A program made the position numbers and the translations under genes. Under the pieces are notes generated by a model that had not been told where the DNA came from, did not search any database, and was given only the letters and a program-made list of their open reading frames with translations. Positions 19,773 through 29,854 of a stretch of DNA of 64,000 nt are shown here, piece by piece; position 1 is the stretch's first letter; the number at the start of each line of letters is the position of its first letter. The stretch comes from an uncultured virus (IMG/VR IMGVR_UViG_3300029775_000206) (lineage: Duplodnaviria; Heunggongvirae; Uroviricota; Caudoviricetes), in IMG/VR virus record IMGVR_UViG_3300029775_000206, positions 1 to 64,000 of that record. One strand, written 5' to 3'.

Positions 19773-21668
19773 TTAGCTGGTTTTCGTATATTCTATAACC
19801 ACATAGCCTGTATATGTGGTTCGGTCATTGCCGGGTTCCACAACGATATTGGCTGTATCCGCATACAGGCCGATTTGTGATGCGAAGTTGCTGTACCGTG
19901 CAAGAGGCAGTGGCAAGAATATCGTTCCATTTGTCGCAAAGCCGGATAAGCGGACAACGGTGCTGAGGTTTGATATGCCGTGTGCTGTACTGCCGGGAGT
20001 CGCATTGGGAAGCGAACCGAGACTGATAACCTTACGGTAAATCGTCTTTCCATCTGTCCAAAAGCACCCTGTGTTTTGTTCTGTTGCGGAATAGTCAGTT
20101 AAAGCCGCCGCAATTTTAGAAGCGGTAATTGTACGGTCTGCTATCTTCGTTCCTGTTACTGCCCCGTTTGCAAGCCTTGCCGTAGTTATAGGATCATTGT
20201 TGATGTTCAGCCAGTTTGCTTGGCCGGACGGGCTATTATATAGGAAAAGAGAAATCACGTAAAACGTCATGGTGTCCCTGCTGATAAAGAAACCCATCGC
20301 CCTCTGATAGCCATTTCCCGTGTTATCTCCGTTGTGTTTTATCAAAAATACTTGTCCGTTCTCACTTGGCTGGTCACTGAACTTGTTGCCGCTGTATGAG
20401 GTGAAGTATAAAGCATCTCCCGGAACCATGCTGTGCAAAGCATACTGACCAATCGATACGGTACCTGCACCTACTGATATTTCAAGTGCAGGAAGTTTTC
20501 CGAATAGATTATTGATGGTATCTACCACGGTATCTCCTTGGATTTTGGCATTTGCCTCCGTCAAATCACCGAGAGTTTCTACCACAGCTGATACACCCGT
20601 TGGGGCAGAGAGTGCTGTTTGAACCTGACTCATGTCGGAGCGGATTTTCTGTGCTATTGTTAGTTCAGCCTTTCCGAATACTACACTGATACTCTGACCA
20701 TCTGCATCATAGTTTTCTTCGACTTCTGTAATGCGTGTTGTCATGGATACTCCCCATGCTTTGGAAACAACTTTGACGGTCTGCCCAAGGTCGAAGTCTG
20801 TCTTGTAGGCTAGATTGCCGTGGGGATTGACTGTTGTGTCAAATGTATAACGCATTGCCAGTTCATTCAACTTACTTTGGCCACGAAAAGTCAGTGCATC
20901 GGTGTAGCCTGCCCCGAAATCCTCTGTTCTTAGGTCTTTGGCATCAACAAAGACTTCACGGCGGTTTTCCCCGGAGCCGCTTGTAATGGCGATAAATGTC
21001 CTATCTGCTCCTTCGCCCTCACCTCCGATGAGTGCGGTGTTGGCATAGTCCGTCTCACTTTCTGTGTATACCTGTTCCGTCAGATTCTCGTATTCCTTGG
21101 AGAACACCGCCTGTGATACCGCACCGTTATACAATTTCGCCGTAAAGGTTCCTGCCGCTTCATTGAATACGGTCTTGATACCGACATCCGAAGCATCACA
21201 TAGTCCCGTCACCGCATCCATAAGGTTACGGTATGATATCTGAGTACTGACTGGCACACCAAGATTTGGAGATGAAAAGGATATACCAGTAATCTGCCGT
21301 GCCGAGTCAGAAGGGTTGATGAGGTTATGATTTAAAAGCTGCTCCACACAGACAGAAAGATCACCGGACAGTTTCTCAGTTCCCCACACTATGCGGCGGG
21401 CAAGAAGGGAGGTGGCAAAGCGGCCGCTTACCGTGATGAACTCTCTGTCTGTCTGGGATAGCTTCAGATACTCGATAATTCCTGCCTCCTCGTCATCACT
21501 CTTCCAGATAATATTCCCTTCTTGCAATAGTGTGGCATTCTCTGGTGTGGATATTGCCTTTAACTCGAAAGAGCCACACTGGGAATACCGCCTCGTCCAA
21601 CGCAGGTACTCAAAGGACTCCACAATGCCTACAAGTTCACGGTTTTGATTGTATATATAAAGTTCCAT
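19773..21668 (-). CDS. Tail tip (ReqiPepy6 Gp37-like) protein with C-terminal extension
   Basis: LRWTRRY..GSFEL, GEGEGADR, RREVFVDAKD, DFDLG; follows Dit. Confidence 0.8.
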   Translation of the reverse strand: MELYIYNQNRELVGIVESFEYLRWTRRYSQCGSFELKAISTPENATLLQEGNIIWKSDDEEAGIIEYLKLSQTDREFITVSGRFATSLLARRIVWGTEKLSGDLSVCVEQLLNHNLINPSDSARQITGISFSSPNLGVPVSTQISYRNLMDAVTGLCDASDVGIKTVFNEAAGTFTAKLYNGAVSQAVFSKEYENLTEQVYTESETDYANTALIGGEGEGADRTFIAITSGSGENRREVFVDAKDLRTEDFGAGYTDALTFRGQSKLNELAMRYTFDTTVNPHGNLAYKTDFDLGQTVKVVSKAWGVSMTTRITEVEENYDADGQSISVVFGKAELTIAQKIRSDMSQVQTALSAPTGVSAVVETLGDLTEANAKIQGDTVVDTINNLFGKLPALEISVGAGTVSIGQYALHSMVPGDALYFTSYSGNKFSDQPSENGQVFLIKHNGDNTGNGYQRAMGFFISRDTMTFYVISLFLYNSPSGQANWLNINNDPITTARLANGAVTGTKIADRTITASKIAAALTDYSATEQNTGCFWTDGKTIYRKVISLGSLPNATPGSTAHGISNLSTVVRLSGFATNGTIFLPLPLARYSNFASQIGLYADTANIVVEPGNDRTTYTGYVVIEYTKTS

Positions 21669-21670
21669 TC

Positions 21671-22522
21671 TCACACCCCCAAAAACTGCGGTCGGTAGTA
21701 AATGCTGACTTCCAGCAGATCCATATTGGCGGACGCATCATAGCGCAGAGTATTAATACCTGCGGCAAGCTGAAAGAACACCGAGCCGGTATCCAGCAGT
21801 GAGAAAGCATTTGTTATAGTTGAGCCATTAACACTGACTACACGTTTACCTGCAAAATGGGTATATACCCGAAGTTCATCCCCAGCACTCATTGTTGTGA
21901 GAAGCCTAATATATTCCCCGGTATCTAAATTTAAGAGTTCCGGGTTTGTCACTGTACCCAAGGCACGGAAAACAATCTCACATCCGCAGGATACATCGCC
22001 GATATTATCTACCGTGATGATTTGACTTGGCTGCCTTGCGCCAAACTCCATGCCGCCTCCGGGTATTTCCAGTTCAAATTTAAAAAGCGGCATCCAGGAT
22101 GCCAATTCCTCACGTATCTCATTCAATGTTTCAAAAAAGGGTGAAGGACAAAGCAAGCTGATAAAAAAGTTCGGTATCCGCTGCCTGGAGGAAACAGTAA
22201 AGCCTGCCTCCTCCACAACACATGAAATCTGCCGTCCTCGATACAGGAGAGTTCCTCGCAGTTTTGGACTGAATATCTGTAAGAACCGTTGTCTTTGTGT
22301 ATATGCTTCATCTGGAGTATCAGCGATAACTGTGCCTTCCAGTGTGATGTTGCGCATATCAAGTGTTGATGATATATAAAAAGCACCGTCTTGATCCGGT
22401 GCCTTGAAAGTATTAACGGTCTGACGTATGCTTCCCGTGCCGTCTATCTTGGTTAAAAAATATGGGCGGCTTTGTTTTAATGTAATGCTCCCGCCGCCTG
22501 AGTTAGTGTATGTCAGTTCCAT
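21671..22522 (-). CDS. Distal tail protein (Dit)
   Basis: Position after the tape measure gene; CPSPFF and FFQLAAGINTL motifs. Confidence 0.8.
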   Translation of the reverse strand: MELTYTNSGGGSITLKQSRPYFLTKIDGTGSIRQTVNTFKAPDQDGAFYISSTLDMRNITLEGTVIADTPDEAYTQRQRFLQIFSPKLRGTLLYRGRQISCVVEEAGFTVSSRQRIPNFFISLLCPSPFFETLNEIREELASWMPLFKFELEIPGGGMEFGARQPSQIITVDNIGDVSCGCEIVFRALGTVTNPELLNLDTGEYIRLLTTMSAGDELRVYTHFAGKRVVSVNGSTITNAFSLLDTGSVFFQLAAGINTLRYDASANMDLLEVSIYYRPQFLGV

Positions 22523-22535
22523 GGCCAGACCCCCT

Positions 22536-25064
22536 TTAATATTCAAGTGCCAGCTTGCGGGACAGGTTTTTAAACTCCCGAGCCAGTTCCTTTTCAGACA
22601 GTGCCTTAGGTGTTACCACCGAGATGTTTTGTGTGATATTAGTACCGGTTGGAACAGAACCGCTCTGTCCGTTTACATTTCCGTAGTTCAACCCAAAACT
22701 TGCAGGTATCGCATTTTGCATATCCCTTGAGACAGTTTTCATTGCGTCCTCAAATCCAACACCTATGCCTTCGCCCATATTGCGGCCAATTCCGGCAAAC
22801 AGAGCGGATGGAGAATGGATGCCGAAGAAGTCCTTAATTCTCGATACCACATTTCCGAAAAAGCCGGAGATTTTACTCCATAGCCATGCGCCTGCATCTG
22901 AAATACCTTGCCACAGACCCTTGATTAGATTTCCGCCGACCTTTGCCATTTGGCTGTAGTATTCAGCAAATGCTGATACAATCCCCGCGATAATCCGTGG
23001 TACTGCTTTGACTATTTCCACAATGATTGTAGGAAGATTTGCAATCAGTGCCACAAGCAGCTGAACACCCGCAAGAATAATCTTGTCAATATTTCCTGCA
23101 ATGGCATTCACTAATGCACCTACGATTTTCGGGATTGCTGTTACAACGGCAGCAATAATCTGCGGCAGTGCCTGAATGAGTGCTACTAAAAGCTTAATGC
23201 CTGCGTCAATAATCTGAGGGATTGACCCAGTGACTGCACCGATAATGCTGTCTATGATTTGCGGAATCGCCTTCACAATTGCAGTAATAATGGCAGGCAG
23301 AGCTGTCACCAGTGAAGTCAGCAATTTAATGCCTGCATCGATAATTTGTGGAATGGATTCAACTAAAAAATCCACCAGTGCTTTTATAATGGCAGGCAGT
23401 GCAGAAACAAGCTGAGGTATTGCATCCAACAACCCTTGTGCCAATCCAAGTATCAGCTGCAATGCTGCGTTTAGAATCATGGGCAGGTTATCAGCCAAAC
23501 CTTGAGCAATCTGCATCACAGCGGATACTGCGGCAGGTATCAACTGAGGCAAGGCATCTCCAATGCCACTGACGATTGTACCAATCATCTGCACTGCGGC
23601 TGTGGTAAGTGCCGGTAAAGTAGTTATAATGCCGTTAACAAGTGTCATCAAAAGAAGCACGGACGCCCCGGTGATTTGCGGAAGTGCGGCTGTCAAACCC
23701 TGCACCAGTGAAATGATGATTTGAGATGCAGCATCAACCACCATTGGAAGCTGCTGTGAAATAAACTGAATCGCCTCTTGCAGAACACCGCCAAAGGCAT
23801 CAATTAGACCCTTTGCACCATCATTTGCAAAAGCAGCAGAAAGTTCCTCAATCCATCCGTTTACCATAGGAAGAACGGTGCCGGAGAGCATAGCAGAGAG
23901 TCCCTCGGCAAGCTGTCCTTTTAAGGATGCCACGTTATCTTCCAAGGTTGACATCTGCCCAGACAATGTTTTTGACTGGGTTTCCATGGCTCCGTAGAAA
24001 CGTCCGCCTTCTGCTGTTGCCGAAGCAAACGCATCTGCGACCATATCTGCAGAGATAGCTCCTTTTGCCATCTCATCCTTCAGTTCACCAATGGATTTCC
24101 CGGTTTTTCGTGAGATTTCCTCTAAAGGGTTAAATCCAGCATTAATCATCTGCAAAAGGTCTTGACCGGTAAGCTTTCCTGTTGAGGACATCTGTGCAAA
24201 AGCAAGTGTCAAGCTTTTAAATTTCTCAGAATCACCTTGTGATATATCACCGAGCTGCTTCATATACTTTTGCGAATCCTCAGCACTCATTCCGAAACTC
24301 ATCAACGTCTGTGTAGCCTCTGCTAAGTCCTGCATACCGAACGGTGTAGCGGCGGCTTCCTTTTTCAAATCGGTTACTAATTTCTGTGCCTTTGCCTGAT
24401 CGCCAAGCATGGTAGTAAAGGATGCTGTGTAGCTTTCCATCTGTGCGTTGTATTCTATGCCATCCTTCATAGAGCCAATGAAGGCCTTACCAATTCCGGC
24501 AATGGCACTGCCAAGTGCCTTAATGCCGCCAATAATAACATCAGAAAGCAGATTAGCTTTTAACACATCGCCAAACACGGATGTTTTCTTACCTGCATCG
24601 TCCATCTCACCGCCGAGATTATCCACGTTGTCAGCGAGATTATTAGCAGCACCGGCAGCATCTCTCATGTTTTGTGTACTATCATCAGTGCTGTCGGCAT
24701 GGTCGTGCAGAGTTTTGTTGTTTTGCTCCAGTTCTTTTTCCATGCCGTTGAGTTCTGCCTGTGCCTTATTTAACTGTATCTGCCAATTCTGTGTGCGGCG
24801 GTCGTTTTCACCGAAGGATGAGGAAGCATTGTCCAGTGCAGCCTTAAGGGTAGAAATCTTATCTTTCTGTGCATCAATTTCCTTATTCAAAACCGTATTG
24901 CGGGCGGTGAGTGAATTGACGGACTTGTCGTTTTTATCAAATTGACTAGTCACGAGGGTCATTTCACTGCCTAGAACTTTGAAGGATTGGTTGATGTCCG
25001 AAAGAGCCTTTTTAAATTCCTTCTCACCCTCAATGCCGATTTTTAATCCAAAATTATCTGCCAT
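22536..25064 (-). CDS. Tail tape measure protein
   Basis: 842 aa, Ala/Ile-rich short repeats, AAATPF, GIHSPS. Confidence 0.92.
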   Translation of the reverse strand: MADNFGLKIGIEGEKEFKKALSDINQSFKVLGSEMTLVTSQFDKNDKSVNSLTARNTVLNKEIDAQKDKISTLKAALDNASSSFGENDRRTQNWQIQLNKAQAELNGMEKELEQNNKTLHDHADSTDDSTQNMRDAAGAANNLADNVDNLGGEMDDAGKKTSVFGDVLKANLLSDVIIGGIKALGSAIAGIGKAFIGSMKDGIEYNAQMESYTASFTTMLGDQAKAQKLVTDLKKEAAATPFGMQDLAEATQTLMSFGMSAEDSQKYMKQLGDISQGDSEKFKSLTLAFAQMSSTGKLTGQDLLQMINAGFNPLEEISRKTGKSIGELKDEMAKGAISADMVADAFASATAEGGRFYGAMETQSKTLSGQMSTLEDNVASLKGQLAEGLSAMLSGTVLPMVNGWIEELSAAFANDGAKGLIDAFGGVLQEAIQFISQQLPMVVDAASQIIISLVQGLTAALPQITGASVLLLMTLVNGIITTLPALTTAAVQMIGTIVSGIGDALPQLIPAAVSAVMQIAQGLADNLPMILNAALQLILGLAQGLLDAIPQLVSALPAIIKALVDFLVESIPQIIDAGIKLLTSLVTALPAIITAIVKAIPQIIDSIIGAVTGSIPQIIDAGIKLLVALIQALPQIIAAVVTAIPKIVGALVNAIAGNIDKIILAGVQLLVALIANLPTIIVEIVKAVPRIIAGIVSAFAEYYSQMAKVGGNLIKGLWQGISDAGAWLWSKISGFFGNVVSRIKDFFGIHSPSALFAGIGRNMGEGIGVGFEDAMKTVSRDMQNAIPASFGLNYGNVNGQSGSVPTGTNITQNISVVTPKALSEKELAREFKNLSRKLALEY

Positions 25065-25079
25065 GCCATCACCTCCTCC

Positions 25080-25660
25080 CTATATACCCGGCGGGATAAT
25101 ATCATCAATTGTTCTGGTTTTCTTTGGCTTTTCAATGCCATGCCATTGCTTATGGCAGGCCCACAAGTCCAAAAACAGACCGATGGGCATAAGCCAGAAA
25201 TCCTCCGCACTCATACCCATCTGAACTGTTCCGTAATAAAGAAGTCGAGTAAAGGTTTCATTGTCCGTTACTCGACTTGTGTGTTTTTTGGCTCTATGCC
25301 TTCGTCCTCACTTTCAACGTTGCGCTTTGTACCTTTGAACATCGCTTCGGTGATCGCATTTTTGTACACTGCCAAGTCAAGAGGCGAAGTAAGGAGTTCT
25401 ACCTCATCCTCTGTCAGCAAATCCTCAGGCTTCCCTTTATTTTTAAGGTTTTGAATCAAAATGGACTGGTTAGCCAAAAGGGTCAAAAGCCACACAATTT
25501 CATCCAGTGCCATCTCGAAGTTCTCGGATTTCATCAGTTTTTCACCGAGGTTTTCAAGACCGCCATAACGGTTTGCAATTGCTTTTGTGGCACGTGTAGT
25601 GAGTATTAGTTCATACTCTTTGCCGCCGATATTGATAACGGCACCTCTCTCATCATCCAT
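25080..25660 (-). CDS. Tail assembly chaperone (25268-25660) and its -1 frameshift extension to 25080
   Basis: Slippery A AAA AAC at 25289-25283; the -1 frame stays open (KHTSRVTDNETFTRLLYYG...DIIPPGI*). Confidence 0.8.
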
Positions 25661-25670
25661 CTCTTACCTC

Positions 25671-26261
25671 CTATGGTTCCGGTGTATAGGTCGGTTCATA
25701 GACCTGCGAGAACCAACCAGTGATAGTTGTAGAAGTAACACCTGCATCACCCTCTGTAACCTCCGCTTTCCATGGGTGTTTGCCAGTGCTGTCCAGCTTG
25801 TTTCTGCGGGTGACCGTTCCCTCGATGGTGGGTGTTGAGAACTTAATGGAATCTGCCTTTGTCTGCAGGTTTGTTGCCGGAAGTCCAAACTTTACACGAT
25901 AAAGCCAGAAATAGCGGTATTTGCCGTTGGCCTTCTGTGCACGGAATCCCACTGCGACAGATTTACCCACATTCTCACTGGCAGAGATCAGTACGCCGTT
26001 GTCGTCCGTTGTTGCCCCGGTCAGATCCGCTGCGGCCGTAGGACCAATGTCGTCAACACCTAAGGTGAGCTTTCCGTTATTGAAATCCTTAACGACCTCG
26101 GCTACACCGTCGTCTGCATACAGAATTGCCTCCATCAGTTCCACCGAGAGTTCGGCGGTGATGGCTTTGGCGAGAACAGAGGGAATTCCATAAGTTTCTT
26201 CGCCGTTTACGTCTTCAGTTATTTTTGAATAGTATAATTTGTCAAGACCGATAGTTGCCAT
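25671..26261 (-). CDS. Major tail protein (phi13-like)
   Basis: MATIGLDKLYY, LYADDG, WLYRVKF. Confidence 0.88.
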   Translation of the reverse strand: MATIGLDKLYYSKITEDVNGEETYGIPSVLAKAITAELSVELMEAILYADDGVAEVVKDFNNGKLTLGVDDIGPTAAADLTGATTDDNGVLISASENVGKSVAVGFRAQKANGKYRYFWLYRVKFGLPATNLQTKADSIKFSTPTIEGTVTRRNKLDSTGKHPWKAEVTEGDAGVTSTTITGWFSQVYEPTYTPEP

Positions 26262-26265
26262 ATTC

Positions 26266-26607
26266 TTATTCCTCCAATCCATAGTTTTTTGCCACGTCGA
26301 TGGCATAGTGATGATACCCGGTATCGTCCTCGTGTCCGATATACCGGCGTTCGGTTATTGTGAAATCCGCATTCAAGAGTGCATTTGTGATCTGCTTTTT
26401 GTACAGCAGATAACTACCTTTTGAAAACAGCGATATCCGTGCCTCCTGTACATCAAATCCCGGACGGTTATCCGCATGGACTTCAAAAATATCTGAAAGA
26501 GGTGTTATGACTGCATACTCATCCGGTGCCTTGCCTGAAAAAACACCTGTTTCCACGGGAATGGGTATGGCTGTTATGAGTGTGTTTAATTCTGATAAAA
26601 TGCTCAT
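26266..26607 (-). CDS. Tail terminator/completion protein
   Basis: Position in the neck module; HEDDTGYHH motif. Confidence 0.7.
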   Translation of the reverse strand: MSILSELNTLITAIPIPVETGVFSGKAPDEYAVITPLSDIFEVHADNRPGFDVQEARISLFSKGSYLLYKKQITNALLNADFTITERRYIGHEDDTGYHHYAIDVAKNYGLEE

Positions 26608-27044
26608 AGCTTATCAATTTCCTCCTCCAATTTGGCAGTCATTGCACCCACACAAGGCTTCCGTGATGAACTTTTGGCAGGCTTTAAAAAAGGCTTTGCT
26701 GGCTGACCATGCTTGCCGTATTCGATAATGTTGGCAATCTTAGCATTGCTCCCGCCATCAGAGCGCGGCTCTGCAAATCCAACCTTTACGTTAAAGTCGC
26801 CATTCCTGTCCTGCCTAGCAGATGTAAGACCAAGGGATGAGAGCAGCTCGCCTGTGGATTTGGATGGGTATTTCGTTTCTTTTCCAATCACTGACTGCAA
26901 ATTAGACTTGACCTTTTTTAGTACCACATCGCCGCCTGCCTCCAGCACCTTGGGAATAATCACATCAGTTTGGTCAGCCAGGCGGGAAACTTTCATAAGA
27001 AATTCCTCTGGCATCTTCATATTTACTTTTGCCATATCCATCAC
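26604..27044 (-). CDS. HK97 gp10-like neck protein
   Basis: TGELLSS, IEYG...QPAKPFLKPA. Confidence 0.85.
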   Translation of the reverse strand: MMDMAKVNMKMPEEFLMKVSRLADQTDVIIPKVLEAGGDVVLKKVKSNLQSVIGKETKYPSKSTGELLSSLGLTSARQDRNGDFNVKVGFAEPRSDGGSNAKIANIIEYGKHGQPAKPFLKPAKSSSRKPCVGAMTAKLEEEIDKL

Positions 27045-27376
27045 CTCACAGAAGGTTCCAGCCGTTCAGCATGAACCTCAACATACATTCCACGTCCTCT
27101 GACATCCTCAGCACTTAAAATTTGGTATCTGCCATCATCACAAGTAATGACCATTTCCGTTGTGACCTTAAGTCCAGGGATTTTTCTAAACCGAAACAGG
27201 GAAGTTGCAGTGGAGAATGCCGCCATATTAGTCCATCGCTCACTGCCATGTCTGTCTTCCTTATACGCACGAACAGAAGCGAGAATGTTGTCGCCTCTGG
27301 TTGTAAATCCCTCGCTATCCTTGATTGGTGCAGTGCTGATGATATCGATGAAAGTGTTCATCTTTCCAAAGCTCAT
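27041..27376 (-). CDS. Head-tail adaptor (SPP1 gp16-like)
   Basis: Position and size; FRFR...YQI pattern. Confidence 0.75.
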   Translation of the reverse strand: MSFGKMNTFIDIISTAPIKDSEGFTTRGDNILASVRAYKEDRHGSERWTNMAAFSTATSLFRFRKIPGLKVTTEMVITCDDGRYQILSAEDVRGRGMYVEVHAERLEPSVR

Positions 27377-27377
27377 A

Positions 27378-27695
27378 TCATACCCTCCATTCTCGGTCAA
27401 GCCGCAGAAGTAGGTTCACCGTGTTCCACACCTGTTGACCTGCCTGCACGCTATCGGCGAAGAAACCTGCTGTCGAGCCGTCTCTGCTTTCGTAAAAATG
27501 ACTCGACAGCATGATTACTGCCTGTTCTGTGGTGGGCGGCATAGTGTTTTCATTGTAATAGCCAGCAGCAACATGCTGATAGCTTTCCGCATAGGACACG
27601 GCGGCTTTGATGTAACTTAGCAGAAGTCCGTCATCCGCATCATGGGTGAGAATTAAATTTACTTTGACCTTTGGTAAAAGATTATCTGTTGTCAT
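27378..27695 (-). CDS. Head-tail connector (HK97 gp6-like)
   Basis: VKVNL...DD.LL..YI.AA, AVIMLSSHFYESR. Confidence 0.85.
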   Translation of the reverse strand: MTTDNLLPKVKVNLILTHDADDGLLLSYIKAAVSYAESYQHVAAGYYNENTMPPTTEQAVIMLSSHFYESRDGSTAGFFADSVQAGQQVWNTVNLLLRLDREWRV

Positions 27696-27716
27696 ATCAT
27701 CCGCCTCCTCCGCTGA

Positions 27717-27929
27717 TTATTCGTCTGCCATAAGTCCTGCCGCTTTTAGCTTAGCAAGCAGGGCATTGAAATCCGTAACCAGGCCAACTGTATCGGTGGC
27801 AGTGCTGTCTGCTTGATTCGCTGCAGCGGGAAACCCCGTTACCGAGGCCCCCTGTTTAATCTCCAATGTACCGCCGATGACGGTTTTATCTCCGCCCTGT
27901 TCGGTGTAATTCTTTGTGTTGTAGCTCAT
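27717..27929 (-). CDS. Head fibre/decoration protein
   Basis: NYTEQGG, DFNALLAKLKAAGLM; directly after the capsid gene. Confidence 0.75.
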   Translation of the reverse strand: MSYNTKNYTEQGGDKTVIGGTLEIKQGASVTGFPAAANQADSTATDTVGLVTDFNALLAKLKAAGLMADE

Positions 27930-27941
27930 AATGCACCTCCG

Positions 27942-29147
27942 TTAAGCCTTCTGCTGAAGAACTTTAATAGCCTCTGGTAAAATCAGCTTGCCATCCACAC
28001 GCTGAGTAGCTACAAATCCTACCTGGCCAGTAACAGCATAGAGTTCATTAAGTCTCTTAAATACACGGCCTTGACGGTCAGCTACCCAGTAATAGCTGAA
28101 ATCGCCGAATGCTATAGTCTTTGCTCCAGCTGCAATAGCAGGCACGTAGGAAGATGTATATAGCGGACGGTTAAGAATAGTATCTGGAGTTCCAGCCTGT
28201 ATAGATGGCTGCCATAGGTACTGACCTTGACCGTCTTTCAGCTTGCGAATTGCCTTTACCGTTGAATCGTTCATGATAAAGACAGACTTATTACGATAAG
28301 GTGCTTTTAGTGAATAGAACAGATCAAGCACCTCATCGAGAGTGATAGCTGTGCTGCCTGCTGTAGTTACACCTAGTTGTGCTCCTCCTGTGGCCGCCAG
28401 GATACCAGTCGGTTTACCAGAGCCATCACCAATGAAAAAGGCTTCCTCTTCCTTGCTGCCGATACGTCTTGCAAACTCCCTTGAAATATAAGGTTCAAGC
28501 TGAAATACACTGTCGTTTAGAAGTTCCTCAGAAACCTTGATCATCGTACCAAGCTTATAGGCTCCAATAGACACTTGACCAAAGCTGTCATCACTTTCAG
28601 GAATTGCACCTTCCTCATCAATCCATGAGGCTGTGCCCTTAGATGCCACAACTGGAATTTTACGGTCACCGGAAGCGGTAGTGATGACATTAGCCAGTGT
28701 ACGGAAAATGTTCTCTTCCTCCAAAGCCTCTACAAGGGTTCTCTCAAACTCGTCAGGCACGAGATAACCACCCTCGGTGTCTGTACCGATTTGCAGGGCA
28801 TTTCTCACGGTTGAATCAAGTCCTTCTCCTGCGCGAGTACGCATAGCATTCCAGAATGCTTTCCTGTACTCAGCAGATGCACGGCCAGTCTTTTCCGCTC
28901 CTGTTCTTGCAGGCTCATTAGTAATAGGGTTACTGGTGGCTTTGGAGAGTTCCATGTCAATAGATGCCTGGCGTTCAAGACGCTCGATTTCTTTGCCAAG
29001 TGCCACAACATCAGCTTCCATCTTGTCATAGACAGCGGTGTCCTCAGCGGATAAAAGTCCATCGCCGCCGCGTTTGGTGTCAAGGAATGCCTTAGCTGCA
29101 TCCCATGCTTTTGCACGTTTCTCGCGCAGTTCTAAAATTTTACTCAT
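27942..29147 (-). CDS. HK97-type major capsid protein
   Basis: Delta-domain coiled coil, GGYLVP, GDGSGKP.G, FGDF, RVDG. Confidence 0.95.
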   Translation of the reverse strand: MSKILELREKRAKAWDAAKAFLDTKRGGDGLLSAEDTAVYDKMEADVVALGKEIERLERQASIDMELSKATSNPITNEPARTGAEKTGRASAEYRKAFWNAMRTRAGEGLDSTVRNALQIGTDTEGGYLVPDEFERTLVEALEEENIFRTLANVITTASGDRKIPVVASKGTASWIDEEGAIPESDDSFGQVSIGAYKLGTMIKVSEELLNDSVFQLEPYISREFARRIGSKEEEAFFIGDGSGKPTGILAATGGAQLGVTTAGSTAITLDEVLDLFYSLKAPYRNKSVFIMNDSTVKAIRKLKDGQGQYLWQPSIQAGTPDTILNRPLYTSSYVPAIAAGAKTIAFGDFSYYWVADRQGRVFKRLNELYAVTGQVGFVATQRVDGKLILPEAIKVLQQKA

Positions 29148-29167
29148 TATGTTTTTCCTCCTTCAAA

Positions 29168-29854
29168 TTAGTGGGTAATTAAAGAAAGCCGCTTATCAAG
29201 CGACTCAATTGGGGTACCCGTTTTCAGTTTTGGCTGCTTTGGCAGTTTGCTAATAAGAGAGTTCGTTACTGCCATGCGTGAAAAGATAAGGCTGTCGCTG
29301 GTAGTCTTTTCACCATCTGCAAACATGATTTTATCGGCAAAGCCCATCTCAATCGCCTTATTAGCGTTCATCCATGTTTCCGCATCCATGAGGTGTGAAA
29401 GTTTCGCTCTCGACATTCCAGATTTCAGTTCATAGGCATTGATAATACTTTCCTTGACCTCATCAAGCAGAGCTTTGGCACGGAGCATCTCTTCGCTGTC
29501 GCCTATGGCAATGGTCGAAGGATTATGGATCATAAGCATAGATACAGGTGACATATATACATCACCGCCTGCCATTGCAATAACCGATGCAGCACTTGCC
29601 GCAAGTCCGTCGATTTTTACAGTAACGTTTCCGGTGTAATCCATCAGCATATTGTAGATCTGAGCCGCCGCAAACACATCGCCGCCGGGTGAGTTAATCC
29701 ACACCGTGATGTTGCCGGAGCCTGCCGAAAGTTCATCTTTGAATAGTTTAGGAGTGACCTCATCACCCCACCATGTTTCCTCGGATATTACTCCGTTGAG
29801 ATAAAGGGTACGTTCCTCATCAGAATCTCGCACCCAGTTCCAAAACTTCTTCAT
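29168..29854 (-). CDS. ClpP-like prohead protease
   Basis: INSPGG, GLAASAAS, MIHNP, ETW. Confidence 0.93.
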   Translation of the reverse strand: MKKFWNWVRDSDEERTLYLNGVISEETWWGDEVTPKLFKDELSAGSGNITVWINSPGGDVFAAAQIYNMLMDYTGNVTVKIDGLAASAASVIAMAGGDVYMSPVSMLMIHNPSTIAIGDSEEMLRAKALLDEVKESIINAYELKSGMSRAKLSHLMDAETWMNANKAIEMGFADKIMFADGEKTTSDSLIFSRMAVTNSLISKLPKQPKLKTGTPIESLDKRLSLITH

